A stretch of 64,000 bases of DNA from a virus (lineage: Duplodnaviria; Caudoviricetes): the IMG/VR virus record IMGVR_UViG_3300012662_000198, positions 19,154 to 83,153 of that record; one strand, 5' to 3'. The translations under genes and the position numbers were made by a program. A model generated the notes under the pieces. That model saw only the letters and a list, made by a program, of their open reading frames with translations. It had not been told where the DNA came from and ran no database searches. Positions 1 to 10,552 of this stretch are shown in pieces; position 1 is the stretch's first letter, and each line of letters starts with the position of its first letter.

Positions 1-1
1 C

Positions 2-2773
2 AACGGCAACGACGTGAACGACAAGCTCACCATCACCGGCTACATGCTCAAGGATTACAAGGTCGCGTTCAAGCTGTACAAGCAGGCCGAGAATCAGACC
101 GCCGACAAGGATACCGTCGTCAAGACCCTTGACCCGGTTTCCCTGACCGAAGCGCAGAAGACCCTCGACTCCGCTTCCGTGCATCTGACCGACCCCGCCG
201 ACTACTACTGGCAGTGGGTGTTCACCAAGCCGGACGGCACCGCCTTCCAGCCCGACAACATCAACCCGGCGGTCTCCGACAAGCGCATCAAGGACGAGTC
301 CTTCCACGCTGTCCGCGTGACCACCAGCACGTACAAGTGGGCTTCCAAGAACGGAACCGTTCAGGACGTCGCCCGACTCGAAGGCCACCTGCCTGAGAAC
401 GCGACGCTCACCTTCGAAATGCACGACTACGCAACCGGCGAGAAGGTCGCCTCCACCAAGGCGACCACCCTCAAGGAGCTTGGCTTCAACAAGTCCAGCA
501 TCGACCAGCAGTTGACCGGCCCGAGCCTCAAGGTTCCGGACGCCATCGACTACTACTGGGTTGAGGTTCTGAACCTGCCGAAGGACGACCGGGATACTCC
601 GTTGCATGTCGGCAAGGACAAGATTAAGAACGAGTCCTTCCGCTCCATCGACGCGCAGACCGACGTAGCCACCGAACGTTACGTGGGAACCGTGGTCAAG
701 GACCACGCCGACCTGACCAACGTGAAGTGGAAGCAGTCCGGCGACATCCGCGACGATTTGACCCAAGGATTGGACGCACGCTGGTTCCTGTACAAGCAGG
801 GCGATGGCGACGTGAAGACCGACGAGAAGGTATTCACCGGCGACTACGTGCATCTGACCAGCGGCCAGACCGAAGCGTACGGCCCCGAACACAAGATGGA
901 CGAGGTTGGCGACTACTATTGGGTCATCGAAATCAGCGACCCGAGCACGAACCACAAGGTCGTCAAGCTGGGAACCCAGCGCGACCCGCGTGAATCGTTC
1001 CGCATCGTTGAGGCTTCCTCCGAAGCCCAAGTGGCCCAGCAGGTCAACAAGCCGACCAAGGATACCGTCACCATCACCGGCCATCCGGCTGAAGGCACGC
1101 TGGTTTCTTGGAACCTGTACAAGACCAACACCGCCGCCGACGACGATTATCTGATTGACAAGACCGAGCAGCAGGGCGAAGCCGAAGGCTCCGACGACGC
1201 CGACGCCGGTGTCGCACCTCAATCGGAGGACGACGGATACTCCGACAGCATGCTCGTCGCAAGCTATCAGACCCCGGCTGATGGTGCTCACCTCATCACC
1301 GCCGAGGAAGCCGCAGAAGCGTTGAAGAACGGCAAGGTCACCGTGGAAAGCCCCGAGTACACTCCGACCAAGGTCGGCGAATACTACTGGGTGTTCAGCC
1401 TGACCAGCCCGACCAAGAACCTCGCAGGTGACGGACAGCCGAACAAGCCGCAGAACGATACGGACACCAGCCATTTGGAGTCTGAGGACTTCTTCACCGA
1501 CCGCATCCACGTGACCGATGAGACCGTGCAGATTATCGACGCGACCACCAAGACCAAGCCGCTGGGCCATGTCGGCGAGAAGTTCCACGACACCGTGCTC
1601 CTTCAGGGCCGCGTGCCGGAAGGCTCCCAAGCCGACGCCACCCTCTACCGTCAGGTGGATGGCGACGATTCAAGCAAGGACGAGGAAGTGCTGACCACGA
1701 AGCGCACCACGCTCTCCGAAGGGCAGGCTTTCGCCGACTTGGAGGACGTGACCGTGGACAAGACCGGCGTGTACTACTGGCGTGAGCACGTGTATGTGCC
1801 GACCAAGCACACCACCACCGCCGACCACGACAAGACGGTGGAGGTCGAGAAAACCCCGACCGTCACCGGAAAGCCTCGCGTGAGCAACGAGACCGTCAGC
1901 GTGGTCAAGGTGACCACCACCACGCACCGTCTGGAAGCGCCCGGCACCAAGCTTCAGGACAAGGCGAAGATTGAGGGCGACGTCGTTGAAGGCTCCTACA
2001 TCATCTTCACCCTGTGGAAGCAGGCGGACGGGGACGACGCCAGCAAGGACGAGAAGGTGTTCACCAGCGACAAGGTGACGCTCAAGGCCGGTCAGAAGGA
2101 AGCCGACTCCCCGACCTACGAGGTCAAGGAGACCGGAACCTACTACTGGCGCGAAAGCATCTACAACCCGGTCGAAGACACCGACATTCCGCCGTGCGTC
2201 CCGCCGACCGAGAACACCGACGAAGACCATCCGTGCGACACTCCGGCACACACCGAGAATCCGCGCACGCCGGGTGAAACCACCGACGTGGTGAAGGTCA
2301 CGACCAAGGCGCAGGCCAACGGCACCGCCACCAAGCCGGTCAAGGACACCGCTCTTATCGAAGGCAGGATTCCTAACGACGACTACGAGCTGGTGTTCGA
2401 GCTTTGGAAGCAGAACGGAGACGACGTGAAGGACGACCAGAAGGTCGCCACCACCGACGCCGTGAACGTTCCAAAGAACGCCACCACGGTAGATTCGCCG
2501 GAAGTCATCCCGGCGGACGCCGGAACCTACTATTGGCGCGAGAAGCTGGTGGAGAAGTCCACCAACAGGCTCGTCCACTATGGTGACGCCCGGGTTCCGG
2601 GCGAAACCGTGACCGTGGGCGAACTCGCCAAGACCGGCGTCACGGGCGGCATCATCATTCCGGTCATCGGAATGCTCGCCGTGCTTGGACTGGGATTGGC
2701 TCTCGTTTCCACGAGCAGGCGTCGCATCGTTCCCCTTGAGAACGGCGCTCACCTGTCCGGCTCCAAGAAGTGA
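2..2773 (+). CDS. Sortase-anchored cell-surface protein with ~110-aa Ig-like repeats (5' end outside window)
   Basis: Frame is open to the window edge; repeated G-x-YYW-x-E units; C-terminal LAKTG, hydrophobic stretch and RRR tail. Confidence 0.85.
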   Translation, partial: NGNDVNDKLTITGYMLKDYKVAFKLYKQAENQTADKDTVVKTLDPVSLTEAQKTLDSASVHLTDPADYYWQWVFTKPDGTAFQPDNINPAVSDKRIKDESFHAVRVTTSTYKWASKNGTVQDVARLEGHLPENATLTFEMHDYATGEKVASTKATTLKELGFNKSSIDQQLTGPSLKVPDAIDYYWVEVLNLPKDDRDTPLHVGKDKIKNESFRSIDAQTDVATERYVGTVVKDHADLTNVKWKQSGDIRDDLTQGLDARWFLYKQGDGDVKTDEKVFTGDYVHLTSGQTEAYGPEHKMDEVGDYYWVIEISDPSTNHKVVKLGTQRDPRESFRIVEASSEAQVAQQVNKPTKDTVTITGHPAEGTLVSWNLYKTNTAADDDYLIDKTEQQGEAEGSDDADAGVAPQSEDDGYSDSMLVASYQTPADGAHLITAEEAAEALKNGKVTVESPEYTPTKVGEYYWVFSLTSPTKNLAGDGQPNKPQNDTDTSHLESEDFFTDRIHVTDETVQIIDATTKTKPLGHVGEKFHDTVLLQGRVPEGSQADATLYRQVDGDDSSKDEEVLTTKRTTLSEGQAFADLEDVTVDKTGVYYWREHVYVPTKHTTTADHDKTVEVEKTPTVTGKPRVSNETVSVVKVTTTTHRLEAPGTKLQDKAKIEGDVVEGSYIIFTLWKQADGDDASKDEKVFTSDKVTLKAGQKEADSPTYEVKETGTYYWRESIYNPVEDTDIPPCVPPTENTDEDHPCDTPAHTENPRTPGETTDVVKVTTKAQANGTATKPVKDTALIEGRIPNDDYELVFELWKQNGDDVKDDQKVATTDAVNVPKNATTVDSPEVIPADAGTYYWREKLVEKSTNRLVHYGDARVPGETVTVGELAKTGVTGGIIIPVIGMLAVLGLGLALVSTSRRRIVPLENGAHLSGSKK

Positions 2774-2786
2774 CGGACTAGAACCG

Positions 2787-2880
2787 TGGGGGAGGGGCCG
2801 ATAAGGTCCCTCCCCCATAACACATAGTTTGGGGAGGTGGGATAGCATTACTCCCCACCTCCCCAAACTATTTTTTCTTT
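2787..2880 (+). terminator. Two tandem hairpins, the second with a T-tract
   Basis: tgggggaggggcc/ggtccctccccca (2787-2818); atagtttggggaggtggg/cccacctccccaaactat (2824-2871) followed by tttttcttt. Confidence 0.8.
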
Positions 2881-2922
2881 GAAGGTTTTTAAGATAGAAA
2901 GAAAAAACGGAAAAGAGGAGAC

Positions 2923-5900
2923 ATGCGTAAATCTATAGCCCTAATCGCGGCTGGGTCGATGATGCTCATGCCGCTATTGGGAACAGCGAGCGCGGTTGTT
3001 GTGCCTGTGCCGGTGGCGTATGCTGATTCGTCCAGTGGTGTTGCTGATTATCCTGCTGGTGTTGGCGTGTATTTGGATGGTGTTCGTCTGGCGAGTTTTG
3101 ACCCGTCGGGTAATGGTGTGACTTATGATGCGACGGGTAGGACTGTGCGGTTGTCTGGGGTGCCGGATGATTGGACGGTGCAGTGGTCTGAGGCGGTCAA
3201 TGGGTCCACTAACAGCAAGTCTATTATGTATATTCTGTCGAATGGTTCCGTGACTTACCGGTATTGGTTTGATGGTGCCGCTGGTGCTGTGCGTACTGTG
3301 GAGGAGCTTCATGGTATGCGTATCACGTTGAACGGGAAGACGGTCGAGGGGGATGTTACCAAAGGTTTTACTGTTCATGATGTGACTTCCGGTGATTTGA
3401 AGGGGTATGAGAACGCTCCGTTCGGTTGGGTTCTTGACGGTGATTCCGAGGATGACCATTATACGTATACGGCTCATCCGGAGGGTTTGGATTCTCCGAG
3501 CGTGCAGTATACGTTTTTGTATGATGACACCAAGCCGCATGATGGTATCGGTTCGTTGAGGGGCGTGAAGGCGTATTTGACGGTTGATGGCAGTGCGGTC
3601 AAGGGTTTCGATTATACGCTTGCCGATTCGGGTACGATTGCCGTTCCGTTCGATACGGAGGTTCGTTTGGAGGGGGTGCCCTCCGGTTGGAAGGCTGAAT
3701 ACAATGACGCCACGGGCAAGGCCAATCGTGTGTGGAAGTTGACCGGTCCGTGTGGTGACACGTTCACGTATGTGTTCCATCCTACCGCGGCGTATGAGGG
3801 CTATTATTACCTCGACCAGCTTCGGTATGTCCGCGCGTTCGTGGACGGTGAGCTGTTTGACGGGTTCGACTATAAGGGTGGCGCGTGGAGCCTTCCTGAG
3901 GCGACCAAGAACGTGGAAATCTCCGGTGTGCCTGATGGTTGGGGTCAGAAGCGTAGTGTTGGTGGGAACACCATCGCTTATGTGGTGTCCAGTCCGGACA
4001 ATTCCGTGTCCGTCAATTATGTGTTCGACATCGCCAAGCATAAGGCGAGTCTGGACGAGTTGTCTAATGTCAAGGCCATTGTGGGCGGCAGTTATGTTCC
4101 GGGTTTCGACCCGAGGCAGTCGGGCGTCTACGAGTATGAGGACGGGCAGGGCATCGGCATCGTCAACGTTCCTTCCGGTTGGACGCAATCCGTGGTCGAG
4201 GGTGACGGGTACAAGGTGTATACGTTGACGAGCGGCGACCTTTCGGTGTCTTACCGTTTCAACCGGCATGTGAGGACCTATTCGGTGGACGAGTTGTCTC
4301 AGGTGGCCGCGTATACGGATGATGGCGTGGTGCGGGAGTTCAATCCGAAGGAGTCCGGCACCTACATCATCGGCGAGCATGCGACCGTGTGGATTGGCGG
4401 CGTGCCGGACGGTTGGCAGATTGAGTCGTCCGATAACGACATGACGTACACTGTGACCAGTCCCGACGGGAAAATCAAGGTCGTCTACACGTTCAAACAT
4501 GCGAAGCACCAGTATTCCGCTTCCGAACTGAAGGGCGTCACCGCCCAACTGCCGAACGGGGATTACATCAACGGGTTCGACCCGGTTTCCGGCGGCGATT
4601 TCTCCGTGCCGGTAGGCACCAAGGGTGTGTCCATCAAGCGTGTCCCGTCCGGATGGCGTCTCGTCAAGGACGACGCCTTGTCGTACACGTTGTCCAGCGG
4701 TGACGGGGAAGTGTCCGTATCCTACCGGTTCCATGCGAGGAAAGGCCACACTGTGACGTTCGACACAGACGGTGGAACGACGTTCCCCTCACGGGTCGTT
4801 GGTGACGGCGAAACGGTCAATCCGCCGGACGATTTCCCGGCCAAGGCCGGACACCGTTTCCAAGGCTGGTATGCGGACGGCGTTCCCTATGATTTCAGCC
4901 AGCCCGTCACCTCCGATTTGACCATCACGGCCAAGTGGAAGGCGAACGTCTACAGCGTGTACTTCGACGCCGGGGCCAGCGACTACTGGTATCCCGCCCA
5001 GTCCGTCTCCTATGGCGACAAGGTTGCCCGGCCAATCGACCCGACGCTGGAAGGCTACGATTTCGCCGGATGGCTGTTGGACGGCAAAGCGTACTCCTTC
5101 GCCGCCCCCGTGACCGGCGACATGACGTTGACCGCATCATGGAAGAGCCAGCGGGTCAAGACGCATACGGTCACGTTCAGAGGGGCCGGAGACGACTTCA
5201 CCCAGACCGTTGCCGACGGATTCACCGCCACGGTGCCCACTATTCCAAGCAAGAGGGGGCACACGTTCGACGGATGGTATTCGGGAGAAACATTGTACGA
5301 CTTCACCTCTCCCGTCACCGACGATTTGACGTTGGAAGCCCATTGGACGCGCAACACGTACACGGTCAGCTTCGACCCGAACGGCGGAACCGACGTGGAC
5401 CCCCAGAAAGTGGCCTACGGGGATTCCGCCGCCAAGCCGGACAATCCGACGTTGGACGGATACACGTTCCAAGAGTGGACGCTCGACGGCGACCCCTACG
5501 ATTTCACCGCGCCCGTCTCCTCCGGCATCACGTTGAAGGCGGTATGGAAGAAGAACGCGCCCGCCGTCCGGAAGCACACCGTCACGTTCGACACCGGCAA
5601 AGGAAGCAAGGTCGGGGACAGGACCGTCAAGGAAGGCGACCCCGTGTCCAAGCCCGACAATCCGACCCGCGAAGGATACACGTTCAACGGATGGCTGTTG
5701 GGCGGGGACCCCTACGATTTCACCACGCCGGTCATGCAGGACCTGACGTTGACAGCCTCTTGGACGAAGAACAAGAGCACGTACACCGTCAGCTTCGACC
5801 TGAACGGCGGGGACGGCGACGCCCCCAGCCAGAAAGTCGAGGAAGGCTCCACCGTCAGCCGCCCCGACAATCCGACCCGCGAGGGCTACACGTTCGCCGG

Positions 5901-8346
5901 ATGGCAGTATGAGGGAGCCGACTGGAACTTCCTGAACGCCGTCGAATCCGACATGACGCTGACCGCCCAGTGGAAACGCAACGAGGCCAAGAGATACACC
6001 GTCACGTTCGACACGACAGGAGGAACCCCGGTCAGCCCACAGACCGTCAAGGACGGAGGCAACGCGTCCAAGCCCGACGACCCGACCCGCGAAGGCTACG
6101 AGTTCAACGGATGGACTTTGAACGGCACGGCATACGATTTCACCACGCCCGTGAGGACCGACATCACGCTGACCGCCGCATGGATTCCCATCAAACCGAA
6201 GACGTTCACCGTCACGTTCGACAGCGACGGCGGCACCATCGTCCCACCACAGATGGTAAGCGACAAGGCCACCGTCAGCGAGCCAGCAGCCCCAACCAAA
6301 ACGGGATACGAGTTTAAAGGATGGCGGCATGACGGCCAACCGTACGATTTCACCACACCCGTGACCAAGGACATGACGTTGAAGGCCAAGTGGGAGAAAA
6401 CGAAGGCCGAAACCTACACCGTGGCGTTCAACCCCGACGGCGGAAGCGACATTCCATCCCAGACCGTGGAGCAGGGCGGAACCGCGTCGAAGCCCGACGA
6501 CCCGACCCGTGAAGGATACACGTTCCTCGGCTGGTATTCGCAGGACACGGCCTACGATTTCACCACGCCGGTCACCGGCAATCTCATCCTGACCGCCCGT
6601 TGGCATAAGGACGAGAACCCCCAGCCCAAGACCCACATCGTCACGTTCGACTACCAGAACGGCGCTCCCTCCGACGTCAGAACCGTCACCGAAGGAGACA
6701 CCATCAGCCAGCCGGACAATCCGACTAGGAGCGGCTACGACTTCCAAGGGTGGGTCGGCATCGACGGCTCCACGTTCGACTTCACCCAGCCCATCACCGC
6801 CGACACGCTGATAACCGCCAAATGGAAGAAGCACGAGGAGCCGCAACCCGCCACCCGCACCGTCACGTTCAACACGAACGGAGGCACCAGCGTCGAACCA
6901 CAAACCGTGACCGACGGAATGGTGGTCCGACAGCCCGCCGACCCCGTGAAGGACGGCTACGTTTTCGACGGATGGTATCTCGACAACAGCCCGTACGATT
7001 TCAACCGGCCCGTCACCAAGGACATCACGCTGACCGCCGTCTACCATCGCAAGCCAGTCCCACAGCCGAACACGTACACCGTGGGCTTCGACACGGGCGA
7101 GGGAAGCAAAGTTGACCCGCAGACCATCATCGAAGGCAAGACCGCAGTCCGCCCGGCGGACCCGAGCAGAAGCGGATACGACTTCCAAGGATGGCTGTTG
7201 GACGGCCAACCGTACGATTGGAACACGTCCATCACTTCCGACATGACATTGACCGCATCGTGGAAGAAGCATGAGGAGCCGAAGCCCATCACCCATACGG
7301 TTAGCTTCGACACCGATGGCGGAAGCACGGTCGCACAGCAGACCGTGAATGATGGCGAAACTGCCGCAGTGCCGGATACTCCAACCAAGAACGGATATAC
7401 GTTCTCCGGATGGACACTAAACGGCGAAGCATACGATTTCAACAATCCCGTCACAACCGACATCACCTTGAAGGCCACATGGGTTGAAAACCAGAAGCCC
7501 CAGCCGAAACGCCACACGGTCACATTCGACACGACGGGAGGGTCTGAAATCGGCCAGCAGACCGTCGATGAGGGGGAGAAAGCCATCCGACCCGCAAACC
7601 CAACCCGTGAAGGATACGACTTCCAAGGCTGGTTGTTGGGCGGACAAACCTATGATTGGAACACTCCAATCACCGGCGACATCACCCTCACCGCATCGTG
7701 GACTGAGAAAGCCCCGACCCTATTCACGGTCGCGTTCAATACGGGCGGCGCTTCCAACATCCCATCTCAAAAAGTCAAGGAAGGTGATAAGGCCACGCGT
7801 CCGACCGACCCGAAGCGTACCGGATACACTTTCACCGGATGGCAGTTGGATGGCAAGGACTACGATTTCAACACTGCGGTATCCAAGGATATGACTTTGA
7901 CCGCAGTATGGAAAGCCAATAACCTGCCCTCGACCGTCAAGAAGCATACCGTGACAGTGACCTTGTATGACGGCAAGACCGAACGTTATGAGGTCAAGGA
8001 TGGTGAGAAGCTGACACTTCCATCCAATCCAACCCGTGACGGATACGTGTTCGACGGCTTCATTGACAAGGACGGCAATGTCTACGACATGAGCAAGCCC
8101 GTGGTCAAAGACCTGACATTGACCTGCGTGTGGAAGAAGGCCAACGGCGTCTCCTCCGACAAGGACAAGGAGATTGCCGACGCATCCACCAATAGGACGG
8201 TTGGTAATGGCGAACAGAATTCTGACTCCCAGAATCCTCTAGCCAACACCGGCGCTCCCGTCTACGGTCTGGCCGTCGCGGCTGTCATCGCGGGAATTGG
8301 CGGCATTGGAATCCTGCTCGCTCGACTGCGCGGCAGAAACAACTGA
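2923..8346 (+). CDS. Giant surface protein: signal peptide, 7 uncharacterised repeats, 16 Listeria-Bacteroides (InlB B / Flg_new) repeats, LANTG anchor
   Basis: 16 repeats of the form TVTFDxxGG...P.dPtreGY.F.GW...YDFttPVt.DlTLtA.W; C-terminal LANTG, TM segment and basic tail. Confidence 0.9.
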   Translation: MRKSIALIAAGSMMLMPLLGTASAVVVPVPVAYADSSSGVADYPAGVGVYLDGVRLASFDPSGNGVTYDATGRTVRLSGVPDDWTVQWSEAVNGSTNSKSIMYILSNGSVTYRYWFDGAAGAVRTVEELHGMRITLNGKTVEGDVTKGFTVHDVTSGDLKGYENAPFGWVLDGDSEDDHYTYTAHPEGLDSPSVQYTFLYDDTKPHDGIGSLRGVKAYLTVDGSAVKGFDYTLADSGTIAVPFDTEVRLEGVPSGWKAEYNDATGKANRVWKLTGPCGDTFTYVFHPTAAYEGYYYLDQLRYVRAFVDGELFDGFDYKGGAWSLPEATKNVEISGVPDGWGQKRSVGGNTIAYVVSSPDNSVSVNYVFDIAKHKASLDELSNVKAIVGGSYVPGFDPRQSGVYEYEDGQGIGIVNVPSGWTQSVVEGDGYKVYTLTSGDLSVSYRFNRHVRTYSVDELSQVAAYTDDGVVREFNPKESGTYIIGEHATVWIGGVPDGWQIESSDNDMTYTVTSPDGKIKVVYTFKHAKHQYSASELKGVTAQLPNGDYINGFDPVSGGDFSVPVGTKGVSIKRVPSGWRLVKDDALSYTLSSGDGEVSVSYRFHARKGHTVTFDTDGGTTFPSRVVGDGETVNPPDDFPAKAGHRFQGWYADGVPYDFSQPVTSDLTITAKWKANVYSVYFDAGASDYWYPAQSVSYGDKVARPIDPTLEGYDFAGWLLDGKAYSFAAPVTGDMTLTASWKSQRVKTHTVTFRGAGDDFTQTVADGFTATVPTIPSKRGHTFDGWYSGETLYDFTSPVTDDLTLEAHWTRNTYTVSFDPNGGTDVDPQKVAYGDSAAKPDNPTLDGYTFQEWTLDGDPYDFTAPVSSGITLKAVWKKNAPAVRKHTVTFDTGKGSKVGDRTVKEGDPVSKPDNPTREGYTFNGWLLGGDPYDFTTPVMQDLTLTASWTKNKSTYTVSFDLNGGDGDAPSQKVEEGSTVSRPDNPTREGYTFAGWQYEGADWNFLNAVESDMTLTAQWKRNEAKRYTVTFDTTGGTPVSPQTVKDGGNASKPDDPTREGYEFNGWTLNGTAYDFTTPVRTDITLTAAWIPIKPKTFTVTFDSDGGTIVPPQMVSDKATVSEPAAPTKTGYEFKGWRHDGQPYDFTTPVTKDMTLKAKWEKTKAETYTVAFNPDGGSDIPSQTVEQGGTASKPDDPTREGYTFLGWYSQDTAYDFTTPVTGNLILTARWHKDENPQPKTHIVTFDYQNGAPSDVRTVTEGDTISQPDNPTRSGYDFQGWVGIDGSTFDFTQPITADTLITAKWKKHEEPQPATRTVTFNTNGGTSVEPQTVTDGMVVRQPADPVKDGYVFDGWYLDNSPYDFNRPVTKDITLTAVYHRKPVPQPNTYTVGFDTGEGSKVDPQTIIEGKTAVRPADPSRSGYDFQGWLLDGQPYDWNTSITSDMTLTASWKKHEEPKPITHTVSFDTDGGSTVAQQTVNDGETAAVPDTPTKNGYTFSGWTLNGEAYDFNNPVTTDITLKATWVENQKPQPKRHTVTFDTTGGSEIGQQTVDEGEKAIRPANPTREGYDFQGWLLGGQTYDWNTPITGDITLTASWTEKAPTLFTVAFNTGGASNIPSQKVKEGDKATRPTDPKRTGYTFTGWQLDGKDYDFNTAVSKDMTLTAVWKANNLPSTVKKHTVTVTLYDGKTERYEVKDGEKLTLPSNPTRDGYVFDGFIDKDGNVYDMSKPVVKDLTLTCVWKKANGVSSDKDKEIADASTNRTVGNGEQNSDSQNPLANTGAPVYGLAVAAVIAGIGGIGILLARLRGRNN

Positions 8347-8359
8347 CGGATAGTCGGAT

Positions 8360-8401
8360 GGAAGTCCCTTGGCCTGTTTTGGGCTGAGGGACTTCCTTTT
8401 T
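8360..8401 (+). terminator. Intrinsic terminator
   Basis: ggaagtccct...agggacttcc followed by ttttt. Confidence 0.8.
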
Positions 8402-8456
8402 ACTTGAGGAGACTATATAATTCTCTAGTAGATTTACTAAAAGAAGGGTTTTAGTT

Positions 8457-8564
8457 ATGACTGTCACGGCACCGGTAGACACTATGGTTCCCATCAGCGA
8501 CTTCAGTAATGGCAAATCCGCCGCCGCGTTCGCCAAAGTAAAGGACAATAATCCGGTAACAGTA
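8457..8564 (+). pseudogene. 5' part of a Phd/YefM-type antitoxin, cut by an IS right end
   Basis: MTVTAPVDTMVPISDFSNGKSAAAFAKVKDNNPVTV matches the Phd N-terminal pattern; sequence switches to the IS end at 8565. Confidence 0.7.
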
Positions 8565-8670
8565 GTGACATTCTCCCCCGCCTGTAGAGGCGGGGGCTTC
8601 CTGCTCAAGAACCCCATCGGGTTCAGTATCGACAGGCTATCCCCACATGCCCTGTGGTTCGCACGGTTTT

Positions 8671-9864
8671 CTAAGAGTTGTGCTGCTCGACGGTTCTTCT
8701 CGCCTCATCCCTGATGTTCAGGGCGGCGTTCACGTCACGGTCGTGGATGACGCCACATGACGGGCATGTCCATTCGCGGATGGACAAGTCCTTGGTCTGC
8801 GGGTTCCTGTAGCCGCAGTCATGGCATAGCTGGCTCGACGGATACCACCTGTCCACCCGCACCAGCTGTTTGCCCTGACGTGCGAGCTTGTATTCCAACA
8901 GGTCGCAGAACATGCCGTATCCGTTGTCCAACGCGCTTTTAGCCAGTCCGCTTTTCGCCTTGCGTCCGTTGCGCAGAAAACGTCCGGGATGTTCCATGTC
9001 TGGCTTGGGCTTGGGTCTGGCGGTCATACCTTTCAGGTTCAGCGTCTCGACCGCCACCGCGTCGTATGTCTTCACAAGGGCGTTCGCCTTCTTATGCTGC
9101 CAGTCGCGCCGTTGGTCGGCGGTCTTCTCATGCAACCGGGCGACACGACGCTTCTGCCTGCGCCAGTTGGCGGAGCCTTCGGTCATACGGGAGAGCCTGC
9201 GCTGTTCCAGTGCGAGCCTGTCCTGTGTCTTCCGATAGTATCCCGGGTATTCCGCTCTCTTCCCATCACTGGAAACGTACAGGCCGTGCGACGCGTAGTC
9301 CAGTCCGACGATGTTCACGGGCTTCACCCGCTCGGGCGTTTGGGTCTCGCGCTCGAACAGGATGGTCGCCATGTACCTGCCGGACGGGCAATGCTCTACG
9401 GTGGCGGATTTCAGTTTCCAATCGTTGGGAATATGCTTGTGCTGGCGCACCGCCAGCCATCCGAGTTTCGGTAGTTTCAGCCTCCTTGCATTGTCGTCCA
9501 GTCTGATGTTGCCGCCGATGCGGTTGGTCGTGTACGACGCCTTGCCGCGACGTTTCGACTTGTATTTCGGGAAGCCCTTGCGTCCATTGTCGAAGAAACG
9601 ACGGTACGCCTTCTCCAAGGCGAGCTGGGCGTTGCACAACGCCATGCTGTCCACCTCGCGTAGGAACGGGTATGTGTCCTTGTACAGGGCGGGCGTGGGG
9701 CGGCATGATTGCCAAGTGGTCTGATAGTGTGCGATGCGGGTTTCGAGCATAAGATTGTATACGAATCTCACGCAACCTATAGTGCGGTCTATCTGCCGCG
9801 CCTGTTCCACGGTCGGGTATGCGCGAAACCTGACGGCGATATGGGCCTTCGTCTTCTCGCTCAT
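8671..9864 (-). CDS. tnpB: TnpB RNA-guided endonuclease
   Basis: HTH start AVRFRAYPT..IGCVRFVYN; RuvC GLDY, VETL and DRDVNAALNI motifs; CxxC zinc finger. Confidence 0.95.
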   Translation of the reverse strand: MSEKTKAHIAVRFRAYPTVEQARQIDRTIGCVRFVYNLMLETRIAHYQTTWQSCRPTPALYKDTYPFLREVDSMALCNAQLALEKAYRRFFDNGRKGFPKYKSKRRGKASYTTNRIGGNIRLDDNARRLKLPKLGWLAVRQHKHIPNDWKLKSATVEHCPSGRYMATILFERETQTPERVKPVNIVGLDYASHGLYVSSDGKRAEYPGYYRKTQDRLALEQRRLSRMTEGSANWRRQKRRVARLHEKTADQRRDWQHKKANALVKTYDAVAVETLNLKGMTARPKPKPDMEHPGRFLRNGRKAKSGLAKSALDNGYGMFCDLLEYKLARQGKQLVRVDRWYPSSQLCHDCGYRNPQTKDLSIREWTCPSCGVIHDRDVNAALNIRDEARRTVEQHNS

Positions 9865-10268
9865 ATCCGGTTCTTCTCGCCTTGGTTCTCGATGTACTTG
9901 CGTATCACCTCAACGGGCGCTCCGCCCGTGGTCAGCAAACAGAAGCTACGGCTCCAGAAATATTCTTTCCAAAGCTTCCGCCTGATTTGCGGATACTCCT
10001 GTTTGAGCAGTCGGCTGCTGGCGCTCTTGTACGCGTTGATGAATTTCGACAGTTCGCTCTTCGGCTGGGCGCGGAACAGGACATGCACATGGTCGATGTC
10101 GTGATTCCATTCCTCCAACGTGATGCCATAGTTGGGTGCGATGTACTCGAATATCTCGCGTGCACGGTCGGAGATTTCGTCATCGAACACTTTGCGACGG
10201 TATTTCACGACGAGCACGAGATGGTAGTGCATGAGGAACACCGAATGATGATTCGACTCCAATTTCAC
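9861..10268 (-). CDS. tnpA: Y1 HUH transposase TnpA
   Basis: HYHLVLVVKYRR, HuH motif DHVHVL, C-terminal KYIENQ; GTG start chosen after RBS gaggt. Confidence 0.95.
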   Translation of the reverse strand: MKLESNHHSVFLMHYHLVLVVKYRRKVFDDEISDRAREIFEYIAPNYGITLEEWNHDIDHVHVLFRAQPKSELSKFINAYKSASSRLLKQEYPQIRRKLWKEYFWSRSFCLLTTGGAPVEVIRKYIENQGEKNRI

Positions 10269-10381
10269 TACAAACACCTCGCTTCTCGATATATACGACT
10301 GAATACCAGTATAACACACGGGAAAGCCGATTCATCCCCCGCCTACGCTAACGCTAATAGGCGGGGGAATCCTCGTCAAAA

Positions 10382-10552
10382 TCAGTTGAAACGGTCCGCC
10401 CGCGCAATGGATTGTTTCGGAAACGAACGGGAGGACGCCACGACGGTATCGGACGTGGTACCAACCGCCAATGCGGGCGAAACCATTATGGCAGATGGGA
10501 ACAATAGGCTGACGGTCACGCCGACGGCCGTGAGAATCTTTCGCGTACTCAT
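10382..10552 (-). pseudogene. 5' part (signal peptide) of the NlpC/P60 gene whose 3' part is at 13540-14119
   Basis: MSTRKILTAVGVTVSLLFPSAIMVSPALA...SSRSFPK is a signal peptide plus the N-terminus typical of bifidobacterial NlpC/P60 proteins; ends beside the IS target TTGAC. Confidence 0.7.

Larger units (their letters stand above)
8565..10374 (-). mobile_element. IS200/IS605-family element (tnpA and tnpB in tandem)
   Basis: Right-end hairpin cccccgcc-tctaca-ggcggggg ending GTCAC; left-end hairpin at 10335-10368 preceded on the minus strand by target TTGAC (10375-10379). Confidence 0.9.

Noticed and set aside
1670-7296. Long antisense ORFs (1670-2866, 2974-4749, 5137-7296) and 22555-23925
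   Set aside because: Shadows of GC-rich or repetitive sense genes; no RBS or recognisable motifs.
10296-10313. ccagtata upstream of tnpA as a promoter-family member
   Set aside because: Lacks GTTCACA and lies inside the IS.
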